Positions 1-9,880 of a DNA stretch of 64,000 nucleotides are shown one piece after another. Made by a program: the position numbers and the translations under genes. The stretch spans positions 194,568-258,567 of the forward strand of contig CAXXSM010000053.1 in assembly GCA_963663405.2 (NCBI GenBank). Direction: 5' to 3'. The notes beneath the pieces are model-generated. The model did no database searches. It had not been told where the DNA came from and saw only the letters and a list, made by a program, of their open reading frames with translations. The stretch's first letter is position 1, and each line of letters starts with the position of its first letter. The DNA is from a bacterium. Its GTDB lineage: Bacteria > Hinthialibacterota > Hinthialibacteria > Hinthialibacterales > Hinthialibacteraceae.

Positions 1-690
1 GATTTTGGGGCCTTTGGTATCCATCACGCGGGAATAGGAGACACCGGATTTGAGCAATTCCAAAATTTGAGGCAGGTCGATATTCAACGCGTCCGCTAAC
101 AACAGCCCTTCGCTCAACACGAATCGATTTAGTCCCAAAACTAAATTTACAACCAACTTGGCCTGACTGCCTTTCCCAACGTCCCCCATATGAAAAACGC
201 GTTTCGCGAATGTGTCCAAAATATCCCGGCATCGATCGAGAGCCTCCTCCATCCCCCCGGCGGAGACAATCGCTTCCCCTTTCGCTACGTGCGTAGAAGA
301 ACCAATAATACACGCGTCGATATACGTTCCTCCCGCCTCTTCAATCCGTTGCGCGATCTCCTCGCAGTGTGAGGGATCACCCGTCGTTGTATCAATAATA
401 GATACATGCGGCGCGGATGAGAGAATCCCCTCTTCGTGTAAGATCACATCCTTGACTACGTTTGAATTCGGCAGAGAAAGAACGATACGTGGCGCCTCTT
501 TCGCGGCCATCGTGGAGGTGGAAACAATCCGGACGCCTTGCGCTTCCGCCTCCCGCCGCCGGTCTTCATTCAGGTCAAATCCAATCACATGAAATCCCGC
601 CGCGAGAAATCGTTTTGCCAACGCGGCCCCAACAAGCCCTAAACCAATTAGCCCTATACATTGTTCGTCTGAACCTGAAATGGCAGTCAT
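1..690 (-). CDS. NAD(P)-dependent oxidoreductase, 3-hydroxyisobutyrate/6-phosphogluconate dehydrogenase family (runs off the window start)
   Basis: Manual translation (not in the ORF track): MTAISGSDEQCIGLIGLGLVGAALAKRFLAAGFHVIGFD (Rossmann GxGxxG), IDTTTGDP, GKGSQAKLVVNLVLG. AAGGA RBS lies upstream of the ATG at 690. Confidence 0.88.
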   Translation of the reverse strand, partial: MTAISGSDEQCIGLIGLGLVGAALAKRFLAAGFHVIGFDLNEDRRREAEAQGVRIVSTSTMAAKEAPRIVLSLPNSNVVKDVILHEEGILSSAPHVSIIDTTTGDPSHCEEIAQRIEEAGGTYIDACIIGSSTHVAKGEAIVSAGGMEEALDRCRDILDTFAKRVFHMGDVGKGSQAKLVVNLVLGLNRFVLSEGLLLADALNIDLPQILELLKSGVSYSRVMDTKGPKI

Positions 691-700
691 CTTGGTTCCT

Positions 701-2396
701 TTAATGTATGTTTCTCATTCTTCGGTTTGTCACAACCGCAGCAAAATACTGTGCTCCATAAATCAAAACAAAAACAATCGCGGCGGCCACAAGAAAACCC
801 ACCCACGATTGCCGATCCGGTTTCACTAGAAATAAGCCGAACGAATCAAATAATCGTTCCCGCGTTGGAATCGCTTCATCCAGCGGCAGTTCCAGTTTCT
901 CCTCGGCGCCGATAGGGGTGTGAATCCGCACAAAAAAGCGATCGGTGATGGTTTGATTGATCGGCTGGGTGAATACACTCGCTAGACACCCACTAACAAT
1001 CCCCACCGGTAGAAAACACGCGGTTTGATAGGCGATCGCAGGCGCGATGCCATAGACGCTGGATGGGAACAAATAATACTTTGCGACATACAACGTCAGC
1101 GCGGCGGTGAAGAAACTGACAAACACGCCGACGGTATTCATTCGTCTCCACAAGATCCCCATCCAGAACGAAATTCCAATCGACGCAGTAATCTGAAAGA
1201 AGGTAAACGCTCCTTCCAGCACTGTCGGAAACACCGTGGAGAAGAACAAAGCCAAGAGCACAATGACCAAACTCATTGTTCGTCCCACCGCGAGATAGTG
1301 TTTTTCATCACGTTCTTTCGCGAGATAAGCGCGGTACACATTCTCCGTGATGAGTCCGGATGTCGCGACCATCAGCGCGTCGCATGTGGACATCGCGGCG
1401 GCCATGATGCTGGCGAGCATCAATCCCCGCAGACCCGCTGGTAGAAGATCGGCGATGGCGTAGCCAAACACCCGCTCCGATTCTTCCACACCCAAACCGG
1501 GATACATGACCAAAGCGCACACACCAATCAACGCCCAACCCAACGTGCAGATGCGCTTCAAAAAATTGCCGTACGTCATCCCCACACGCCCTTCCCATTC
1601 GGTTTTTCCTGCTGAAGTTGTAGCCATCACTTGCGATTGCGCGACGATGCCGACCATCGCGTTCAATGATAAAAGACCAATCACAGGAATCGTGATCTGA
1701 TGAGAAGAGATCAGGTCCAATATAGCTGGTGAAGCGCTTGTACGAATGCCCTCGAATCCTCCAACAGTCCACAACGCGAAGGGAACCATGAGAAACGACA
1801 AAAATATGATAAAAACGCTCTTGAATCAAATCCGTCACCACCGCCGCGACCAAACCCCCGGCGGCGCCGTAGATGATGAAAGACAGCGTCATGATCAACA
1901 CCGCCGCCGTTTGCGAAATCGCCCCGCCGGTCATCGCCGAGATCACGAGTCCCGTTCCCTGCAAAAGAATCCCCATATTGATCGTCATCGAAAATGCGCT
2001 GACCACAACAAACAAAAGCGACGCGGACGGCCCATACCGGTCATGATAGATATCCGCCGTCGTTAACCGGCGGCTGCGGCGGAACACGGGCGCGAGCAGC
2101 CAGTAAAAAGGCGTGGTGAACATCCACTGCCACTGCACCCAGATCCCGGAAATCCCGTTTCGATAACACGCCCCGCTCACCGTGACGGCTTGGTCCGTGT
2201 GTGTTCCCGCGCCGAACGAATGGAAAATCATGAGAATTTTGCCAAACCGCCGCCCGGCCATAAAAAAATCTTCTCGCGTCCGAATGGTTGTTTTCGTCGC
2301 GAATCCGATAATGGTAATAATGACAAGGTATAGCGATACCGCAATCCAATCCCCCGTCTGCAAACCTAATATATGCGCGGTGTCATTCATTGTCAT
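701..2396 (-). CDS. Sodium:solute symporter (SSS family), split by one frameshift near 1820
   Basis: Motifs EDFFMAGRR, YGAAGGLVAAVVTDLIQ and LASIMAAAMSTCD with many TM segments. Removing one base (caa gagc to caa ggc) restores TDLIQGVFIIFLSFLMVPF and joins ORFs 1308-2396 and 701-1801. Confidence 0.9.
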
Positions 2397-2418
2397 TCAA
2401 TCTCATAACTAAAAGCAT

Positions 2419-3387
2419 TCATTCCTGAGCGATATGGTTTAGAAAATCTTGGTAAGCCGATGACAAATCAAGAGATTCCTTCTCTGGAACGCTGTAAATA
2501 TAGACACCGAAACAGAGCGAAAACGTTTCCCCTTGTTTGATTTCGATCCGGCTCGGTTTCTCTTTTGTAAACGCGTTCCGGCCAAATGGATTAGCGGTCA
2601 ATAAACCGTAATCCCGCGCATGAAACCAGGATTGCCTGAAATTCTCCGGCGAGGTCATCAACGCAACGCCGGTCCGTCTTTCATTGATGATTCCGCTGTA
2701 ATCGCACCAATCGGCTTGTTTACCCCAAACTTCAGATTCATTCTTCAATCCCGCGCTGTTCATAATTGTTCCACCGTTCTTGACAGTGAGTGGCGTCGCG
2801 GTTCGAACACCCAATCCCATCTCTTCCTGATCGCCGAAGTAAAAATCACCGGCGCTGGATGAAAAATCGGAATGGAAAATCAGAAGAACATACGCTGCCC
2901 GCGCTACGATGGAATACTCACATCTCTCCTGACAAATCCTCCGCTCTCCATCCGCCGTTATATAAGCGTTTTCCACGCTAAACGAGCCCCGCCCAATTCC
3001 GCCTTGTGGCGCATTAATAAATCGAGCATGCCGTGTCCGCGCCTTGTTGCGCCAAAAATCAGCGCCGCTTAGATCCCCGAACGACAGCCAAATTCCTGGA
3101 TGATACGCCGCGTGATCGGTTGGATCAGAGCCGGAAACAGGCGGATGATTGCGGGTAACCTGGAATCCCCCCGGCGCGTGAACATCGCAAAAATAGGGGC
3201 GGGGGATCTCCGCATCCTTGTAAACATATACTGCAAAAGGATCGCCACCCATCTTGATCTCCAACCGCCCATCTTTTTCCTGAAACGAAACAAAAGGCAG
3301 ATCCGGCGCGGATACGCAGGATTGCGTAAAGATCCAGCAAACGGCGAACAGCCAACCTATTTTGTTTCTATATTTATATATACGCAT
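2419..3387 (-). CDS. Exported DUF6807 ('PmoA-family') protein; not a methane monooxygenase
   Basis: Signal-like N-terminus ending near TQSC. Family motifs RPYF, DHAAYHPGIW, GKQADWCDYSG and WFHARDYGLLTANPF. Confidence 0.75.
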   Translation of the reverse strand: MRIYKYRNKIGWLFAVCWIFTQSCVSAPDLPFVSFQEKDGRLEIKMGGDPFAVYVYKDAEIPRPYFCDVHAPGGFQVTRNHPPVSGSDPTDHAAYHPGIWLSFGDLSGADFWRNKARTRHARFINAPQGGIGRGSFSVENAYITADGERRICQERCEYSIVARAAYVLLIFHSDFSSSAGDFYFGDQEEMGLGVRTATPLTVKNGGTIMNSAGLKNESEVWGKQADWCDYSGIINERRTGVALMTSPENFRQSWFHARDYGLLTANPFGRNAFTKEKPSRIEIKQGETFSLCFGVYIYSVPEKESLDLSSAYQDFLNHIAQE

Positions 3388-3394
3388 GATTGTC

Positions 3395-4684
3395 TTATCC
3401 TATTGAGGGCAATTCGTATTCTTTCCGGTATGTCCGGGTGAGCAGCACATTCGCCTCAGCGTCATCGATAAACTGCTGTTTTGTTGAGTCGAAGCGCAAT
3501 TTTCGGCCCACACGGGTCAAAATGTTCCCAAAATGACATAACGATGCGGAACGGAATCCCTCCAAAATCGGCGCATTAAGCCCGTCTGGATTATTCGCTT
3601 TCACGCATGCAATAAAATTGCGAACATTCGCCTCAATATCGCTCCCCCCGCCGATTTTCTCCGGTTGCTGATCAATATAAGTGACAAAACATCCCTTGCG
3701 GCCGATCTCCAGTTTTCCTTTGTCTCCATAGTAGATCACGCCGTTGTCGTGCCCTTCCAGTTTATAATCGGTCCACAACCGCATTTCGTATTGGAGGTAA
3801 CAATCTTCAAATTCATAGAGTATCGTCTGCGTATCCGGTGTTTCATGATCGTCGTCATAGAATAACTGGCCTCCGGAACCGCTGATCGTGTGAGGAAAAG
3901 CGACTCCCAATCCCCACCGGGCTGCGTCGATCTGATGAATTCCGTCGTTTCCGATATCCCCCGTGCCATAATCCCAATACCAGTGCCAGTTGTAGTGCCA
4001 GCGGTTTTTGCTGAAGGGCCGTACCGGCGCGGGGCCCAGCCAACGATCGTAATCCACGCCGGGTGGCGGGGACTGGTCCGGCTCCCGGCCGATGGGGCCT
4101 CGCAATTGATGGTTGATCGCCTTCGCCAGCCGGATTTTCCCCAGCCCGCCTTCGCGCAGGAACTGAATCGCGTCTTGTACGCCTTCACCGCTGCGGTGCT
4201 GTGTTCCATGTTGGACGCATTGTTTGTATTTTGCCGCGGCTTTGGCTAATAGAATCCCTTCGTGGATGTTATGGCAGCAAGGTTTCTCGACATATACGTG
4301 TTTCCCGGCCAATACAGCTTCCAGCGCAATTTTCGCATGCCAATGATCCGGCGTGGCGACGCTTACCGTGTCGATCTTCCGGTCGTCTAAAATCCGGCGG
4401 TAATCATTGTATTGCGCCACGTTAGAAGAATTGGGAAGCGAGGCGGCCGCTTTTTCCCGGCGTGTTGGATCCACGTCACAGACCGCGAGCACAACCACAT
4501 CGTCTGAAAGACTGGAAAATAACCGGCAGTGCGTTCTCCCTTGACCGCCGGCGCCGATGACCGCGTGTCCCACACGTTCGTTTGGAGATCCTTGAACCTG
4601 GTTCACAATGGCCAGAGACGCCGTGGACACAGCCACACCCGCGCTGGTGGATTGTATAAAATGCCGGCGTGATAGATTTACCAT
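3395..4684 (-). CDS. Tat-exported Gfo/Idh/MocA family oxidoreductase
   Basis: Tat motif SRRHFI; IGAGGQG; ATPDHWH; HVYVEKP; DYDRWLGPAP; GIHQID. Confidence 0.93.
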   Translation of the reverse strand: MVNLSRRHFIQSTSAGVAVSTASLAIVNQVQGSPNERVGHAVIGAGGQGRTHCRLFSSLSDDVVVLAVCDVDPTRREKAAASLPNSSNVAQYNDYRRILDDRKIDTVSVATPDHWHAKIALEAVLAGKHVYVEKPCCHNIHEGILLAKAAAKYKQCVQHGTQHRSGEGVQDAIQFLREGGLGKIRLAKAINHQLRGPIGREPDQSPPPGVDYDRWLGPAPVRPFSKNRWHYNWHWYWDYGTGDIGNDGIHQIDAARWGLGVAFPHTISGSGGQLFYDDDHETPDTQTILYEFEDCYLQYEMRLWTDYKLEGHDNGVIYYGDKGKLEIGRKGCFVTYIDQQPEKIGGGSDIEANVRNFIACVKANNPDGLNAPILEGFRSASLCHFGNILTRVGRKLRFDSTKQQFIDDAEANVLLTRTYRKEYELPSIG

Positions 4685-5018
4685 GATGTAATCATCCTCC
4701 CCTTACTATACAAAGAAATAGCGGCGACTCTGCGCGCTTTAGTAAGCGTATAGTGGAGAGAATCGCATGTATAGGGTATACATTAAAGGAGGCGCCCACA
4801 GTCAATTCATCTCACTTAGCCGGTCAACAGGAAAAGCAATCATTGGCAGAATGCGTCAAATGGCCTTTCCAAATGATCGTGTTTTAATTGATTGGATAGA
4901 CGGTGAAAAACGAAAAAAGTTTATTGTTTTGTGCGCCTAACTGTAGGATTTTTTGATTTAGCGCTGAAGACAAAGCTGAAGATAGGATTGTATAAACCAC
5001 TGGATTTTCCACTCTGAT

Positions 5019-5369
5019 TCAATCCCACTCATCTTCGAACCAGTTCACGCCGGGAAACAACATCTGTTTTTCAATCATCCGTTCAAGATGGACGCGCGTA
5101 AATTGATGAAACTTCCGCTTTGCGTCATCTCCATAACGGGCTTTGATTTGTTTTCTCTCGGATGGTTTCAACTGAGGCCAGTGGATGTGGAATTCTACAC
5201 GGATCACACGAGCACGTACGCCGTTTTTCATGGTGACGACCTGGCCGGTGTATTCTTTGAAATCGGAATGAAAACCCGGTTCGATCCAGGTCGCCGTCTC
5301 CTGCCGCTTGAAGTCAATATCCCATTCCATAACAATATGCACGGTAGCAGAAAGAAACTCGTTTCGCAA
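5019..5369 (-). CDS. Small hypothetical protein (start may be the ATG at 5330)
   Basis: 116-aa ORF with globular-protein composition, filling an otherwise empty gap divergent from 5499. No family recognised. Confidence 0.5.
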   Translation of the reverse strand: MRNEFLSATVHIVMEWDIDFKRQETATWIEPGFHSDFKEYTGQVVTMKNGVRARVIRVEFHIHWPQLKPSERKQIKARYGDDAKRKFHQFTRVHLERMIEKQMLFPGVNWFEDEWD

Positions 5370-5498
5370 GCAAGAACGTGTTTCCCCGAATCACCGGCGC
5401 TCTTGTTTTTGACACTTCATCGTGATTGCGCTATATACAATCAGGGAGCGCACTACAATTAGACAAAATGAAGAGATTCAGAAAGGTAGCGTACAGAG

Positions 5499-7556
5499 AT
5501 GATTAGTCAGTTTTTAAGATCGTATTCTTCATGGATTCTATTACTCATCCTGATTACTCCATCAGGCTTCTCCCCTTTGGCGCAGGGAACCAGCGCGGAC
5601 CATGATGTTTGGAAAGCGCTGCAAACCATCGAGCGGGGCATTCCCACAGCCGAAGGGCATCCCGGAAACATCTTTCTGGCGGGACAGGAAGTGATCGTCA
5701 AAGCGTCTCCTTCAATTCCCGTGAACGCGACGTGGTGGCAGATCCTGGATGACAAGCGAAACCGTGTCCGGTCGGGGGAATTGAAATCCGAACATACGAC
5801 AGATACATTTCAAGCGGGCGCGCTGGGCGTTGGTTGGTATCGGATCGAGTTTCTCGACGCCGGTTCGAATTGTCTGAGTTGGACCACGGCGGCGGTCTTG
5901 GCAAAATTGGCCGCCCCCGTTCCCCAAGATTCACCTATCTGCATTGACGGCGCGATTTCCTGGTTCGCAAAAGAAAATCCAACGAAGCAGGAACAAGCCG
6001 CCCGGTTGGCCGCGTTGACCGGCGCGAATTGGATTCGCGACCGCATCCGCTGGGGAGAAGTACAAACCGGACCGTCTCTTTTATTGGAACGAACGACGTA
6101 TGACACGGCGGCCAATTTACAATCCCAGTTCGGATTAAAAATCCTTCAAGTCTTCCATGACACGCCCGATTGGGCCGTTGAAGGCGCTTCCTCCCGCGCC
6201 CGGTTTCCAAACGATTTACGTGTCCTGTATAAATTTTGCAAAGCGATGAGCGTTCGGTATAAAAACCGCGTGCAAGCGTGGGAACCGTGGAATGAAGCCA
6301 ACGCGCCCGATTTCGGCGCGCAGACCGTGGATGAGATGTGCTCCATGCAGAAAGCCGCGTACCTTGGTTTCAAAGAAGGCGATCCAACGGTAACTGTCGG
6401 CTGGAACGCCTACGCGGGCGTGCCCTCACCTCTCCATACAAAAGGTGTTCTTAAAAATGAAGCCTGGCCGTACTTCGATACATACAATATTCATACCTAT
6501 GATTGGCCCGATTCCTATCAAACGCTTCGAAAACCTGTGTTTGACGCCGCTTGCGGGCGCCCCATCTGGGTGACGGAAAGTGACCGGGGCATCCAGTATC
6601 AAACCGGCGAACCGTGGTGCGATCTTTCGCAGGAAAGCGAACGCCTGAAAGCGGAATTCATCGCGCAATCCTACGCGTGCAGCCTGTACGCGGGCTGTCA
6701 GCGCCATTTTCATTTTATTCTGGGGCACTACTTTGGACGGCACAGTCAAATCCAGTTTGGCCTTCTCCGCTTGGATTTTACGCCCCGGCCCGCGTATGTG
6801 GCGCTGGCCGCCGTAGGACGTTTTTTAGCGGGCGCCCGGTGCGTGGGCCGCTGGCCTGTGCCCGATAATCCCGACGCGCATGTCTATGCGTTTCGCGCCA
6901 AACCGGATGGCGTCGACCAGGATGTCCTCGTGGCGTGGGCCGAAAAAAGCGTGGATTGGCCCCAACGGGGTATAACCGAGGTTGAATGGAGCTTACCCCC
7001 GAATACACAAGTCCAAGGCGTCTTTGACTACTTGGGACGTTCACTCGGAGCGAGTGTGCCGGAGAAGTTGAAATCGGCCCCGGTCTTCATTCTCCTCCCT
7101 CCAAACGCCGCCGAAAAACTGCCGCTCGAACGTTTGGATCCCCGTCCCTTTAAAGAAGGCAAGACTTCACCGGTCGTCCTGCAGCTATTAATGGAGCCAT
7201 CGACAACCGTCCGGGTGACGGAACAGCCTTGGGCCGTTGAATTCGAACATCAGGTCAATCCGGGTAAAGAGATCGATCTGCCCCTTTTCGCGTATAATTT
7301 CAGCAATAACACCGTGCATGGCGTTATCAGCGTTGAACACGCGCCGGAAGGATGGAAACTGACACCGAACCGGTGGGAAGTCGAAATCGAACCAATGGGC
7401 CGGATACAACTATCCACAAAGTTCCTCATGCCCGCCCGCAACAGCGATAAGTCATCCGATAATTGGATCAATCTGCGGGGCGTCTTCGGTAACGCGGAAG
7501 AATCCGTCCTGGCGTTCCGTCTGATTTCCTTCCCCGGCGAGGGATATAATAACTGA
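5499..7556 (+). CDS. Secreted clan GH-A glycoside hydrolase-like protein (GH39/GH5-like TIM barrel plus Ig-like domains)
   Basis: Signal peptide; WEPWNE (putative acid/base Glu); YNIHTY; PIWVTE (putative nucleophile Glu); FGLLR..PRPAYVA. Confidence 0.75.
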   Translation: MISQFLRSYSSWILLLILITPSGFSPLAQGTSADHDVWKALQTIERGIPTAEGHPGNIFLAGQEVIVKASPSIPVNATWWQILDDKRNRVRSGELKSEHTTDTFQAGALGVGWYRIEFLDAGSNCLSWTTAAVLAKLAAPVPQDSPICIDGAISWFAKENPTKQEQAARLAALTGANWIRDRIRWGEVQTGPSLLLERTTYDTAANLQSQFGLKILQVFHDTPDWAVEGASSRARFPNDLRVLYKFCKAMSVRYKNRVQAWEPWNEANAPDFGAQTVDEMCSMQKAAYLGFKEGDPTVTVGWNAYAGVPSPLHTKGVLKNEAWPYFDTYNIHTYDWPDSYQTLRKPVFDAACGRPIWVTESDRGIQYQTGEPWCDLSQESERLKAEFIAQSYACSLYAGCQRHFHFILGHYFGRHSQIQFGLLRLDFTPRPAYVALAAVGRFLAGARCVGRWPVPDNPDAHVYAFRAKPDGVDQDVLVAWAEKSVDWPQRGITEVEWSLPPNTQVQGVFDYLGRSLGASVPEKLKSAPVFILLPPNAAEKLPLERLDPRPFKEGKTSPVVLQLLMEPSTTVRVTEQPWAVEFEHQVNPGKEIDLPLFAYNFSNNTVHGVISVEHAPEGWKLTPNRWEVEIEPMGRIQLSTKFLMPARNSDKSSDNWINLRGVFGNAEESVLAFRLISFPGEGYNN

Positions 7557-7592
7557 ACGCAAGCGGGTGAATACGAATTAACATAGATAGAT

Positions 7593-9419
7593 TTGTTTCC
7601 GATTATGAATCTACCCGAACGTCTGGTATCCATTCTTTTATCGCGTAGGACACACGTTTACATCGCGCTGTTTTTATTACTTGTATTAGTGATCCCATTT
7701 GTCTGGACGTTGCGGGGGATTCCCACGTTTATGTGGAGCTGGGTGTACAATCAAGAAACGCTTGAAGGGATTCATTCCTTCGAAGATCTATGCGTGTTTT
7801 TTAGGGATCTTCGAGTCTCCATCCCACCTGTTTTAGTTCTGTTTGAAATCCTGACATTGAAACTCACAGGCGGCCTTTACCTGATCACTGATTTATTTTA
7901 CCGGTTCTTGTTCGTCCTTTCCTTTTTTATGAGTATCGCTGTGTTCAAGCGGACGATTGGCAATGTGTGGCTGTCGTTGGCGCAGGCGCTCGTATTTGCG
8001 TGGGGCGCGTCGTGGATTCATCCTTTGAATCCGCAGATTTATGATTTCTGGTTCCCTTGCTGTCTTTTGCTCTATTTATATTTTTTACGAAAATCTGCCG
8101 ATGAAGAAAATACACCGTATGGAATAGGATTCTTCTGCTTTCTTTCCGGATTGTTTCTAACGTTCACAGAATTGTCCCGCCCTTTTGTCTTTTTTATGAT
8201 GCCTGTCATACTGCTGTTTTCCCTCCTGCGTATTCGAGAATATAAATGGAGGCATATTGCCTATTTTATTCTTCCCATTATCTTTTTTTCCGGTGGGTGG
8301 CATCTTAAATTATATAGTTGCAACGATCGGCAGATCTTAATCACCAACCACAGCGGCTACAATCTAGAACGCGCTTGGAGACACGTTCCGCTCCCGGATA
8401 TTGAAAAACTGCATGCGGAAGGATACAACCACCCGGAACATTCGCGGATTAACAATCAACTCCGCAACGCGATTGTCCGGTATATCCTTACGCATCCCAT
8501 CAGCAGTGTTAATCATAGTATTAGAAGGCTGTGCGCGCTGTTGGAGCCACAAGTCCACGCGGAACAGGTCCAGCAGTTGAAAGAACCTGTCCGCCTGGTA
8601 CCTCCCACTCATCCCTTGTTAAATGTATACATTTTGCTTGTACGTCTATCTGCTCTCTATCTTCTCTTCTGCCTAATACAACTCACAATTAACTGCGTTA
8701 CTCATTTTGATATTGATGAAATTGTGAGAGAAGAAAACATACATATTATCTGTACAGCCGCCGCTCTTTTTTTTCTGGCGGTGGGGGAATCGGGGGAAGA
8801 ATACCGGTTTCTCATATCCGCTCTTCCCTTGTTGGCTGCAACGCAGTGGGCGCCGGGAGAAGTGAAGGATCGGTATGAATCATATAAATCACTGATCTTG
8901 CCGGTCATGGTGTTTGGTTTGATCTGCGCCAATCTAATTTCAACGGCTGTGTTTTATCTCAATGACGGCCAGGCGATGTCGGCAAAAAATGTTGCGCCCA
9001 TCGCGAGAGTCGAAGTGAGTTCAAACCACCCCTACTCATGGCCAGGCGGCGCGATCGATGGGATTGTGAGCGGGCATCCGTTCAATTCCCGGTTTGAGTG
9101 GATCGCCGACCAGGAAAACGAAGGCGCCTGGATCCGCCTGCGGTGGGATACGCCGCAGTGGGTGGATCGTGTCTGGTTGTACGACCGGCCGAATTATGAG
9201 GATCAAATCCTCGAAGGCGAACTCGTTCTTAATTCGAATCCCCCCATTCCATTCGGCGCGCTGGATGATGACGCGGTCACAAAAACGGAAATCAAGTTCT
9301 CTCCGGAATGGGTCTCTACGCTCACGGTTCGCGTGAAAAAAGTGAAGCCCAAAGGACCCAATACCGGATTGGCGGAAATCATTGTTTTTCGCTCGAATGA
9401 AAAGGAAGGAAGTCAATAA
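7593..9419 (+). CDS. Polytopic membrane protein (GT-C/ArnT-like) with C-terminal discoidin (F5/8 type C)-like domain
   Basis: About 11 hydrophobic segments, ELSRPF and GEEYRF motifs. The C-terminus (NVAPIARVEVSS...AIDG...GAWIRLRW...GLAEIIVF) is typical of galactose-binding-like folds. Confidence 0.65.
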   Translation: MFPIMNLPERLVSILLSRRTHVYIALFLLLVLVIPFVWTLRGIPTFMWSWVYNQETLEGIHSFEDLCVFFRDLRVSIPPVLVLFEILTLKLTGGLYLITDLFYRFLFVLSFFMSIAVFKRTIGNVWLSLAQALVFAWGASWIHPLNPQIYDFWFPCCLLLYLYFLRKSADEENTPYGIGFFCFLSGLFLTFTELSRPFVFFMMPVILLFSLLRIREYKWRHIAYFILPIIFFSGGWHLKLYSCNDRQILITNHSGYNLERAWRHVPLPDIEKLHAEGYNHPEHSRINNQLRNAIVRYILTHPISSVNHSIRRLCALLEPQVHAEQVQQLKEPVRLVPPTHPLLNVYILLVRLSALYLLFCLIQLTINCVTHFDIDEIVREENIHIICTAAALFFLAVGESGEEYRFLISALPLLAATQWAPGEVKDRYESYKSLILPVMVFGLICANLISTAVFYLNDGQAMSAKNVAPIARVEVSSNHPYSWPGGAIDGIVSGHPFNSRFEWIADQENEGAWIRLRWDTPQWVDRVWLYDRPNYEDQILEGELVLNSNPPIPFGALDDDAVTKTEIKFSPEWVSTLTVRVKKVKPKGPNTGLAEIIVFRSNEKEGSQ

Positions 9420-9474
9420 AAGGCAGTATGTTATGAACGATTCCTAGAATTAAAATACTGAATTATTGCCTTTT

Positions 9475-9520
9475 GTCCCACAGGGACATTATAAAATAGC
9501 CTAGGATTTCAATCCTGGGC
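9475..9520. repeat. REP-like double palindrome
   Basis: gtccc-aca-gggac hairpin followed by gcctaggatttcaatcctgggc hairpin just after a stop codon. Confidence 0.5.
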
Positions 9521-9625
9521 GTTTCTGGACGAATTAAATGATTTATCAATAAAAGAGGTTCATCCGGTAATTGAGTACAAAAATCATTTTGGGGAATTGC
9601 GATCTTTGTTCAGGATGGCTTAATC

Positions 9626-9767
9626 GTCTGAACCATGATTTAAAAGCCAGCTAAAAGCCGCCACCGCGCGGCGTTGTCGTTACTGGCGCTGTCTTACAAG
9701 GATTATAGGATTACCATGATTTAAAAATCAGGAAAATCAAGCGAATCAAGTAAATCAAGGTTCAGAC
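9626..9767. repeat. MITE-like element with 17-bp terminal inverted repeats (family C)
   Basis: gtctgaaccatgattta ... taaatcaaggttcagac (1 mismatch in 17), with internal GGAT/AATC repeats. Confidence 0.65.
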
Positions 9768-9880
9768 AATAAGAATCCTGCATAGCAGCGCTGGATTTCA
9801 CAATTTCTCTCAATAAGTGAATGGATTGCTGAGAAACGTACTCACTTGCCGGAAGAACCATAAAAGAAAGGTATTCTGAA

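Noticed and set aside
190-704. Plus-strand ORFs 190-372, 212-592 and 462-704, and the many other short antisense ORFs in the track
   Set aside because: They are shadows of well-supported genes on the opposite strand or in another frame, with no motifs of their own.
2419-3387. Methane monooxygenase subunit PmoA
   Set aside because: This is a soluble exported protein without PmoA TM helices or pmoB/pmoC neighbours; the family name is a known misnomer.
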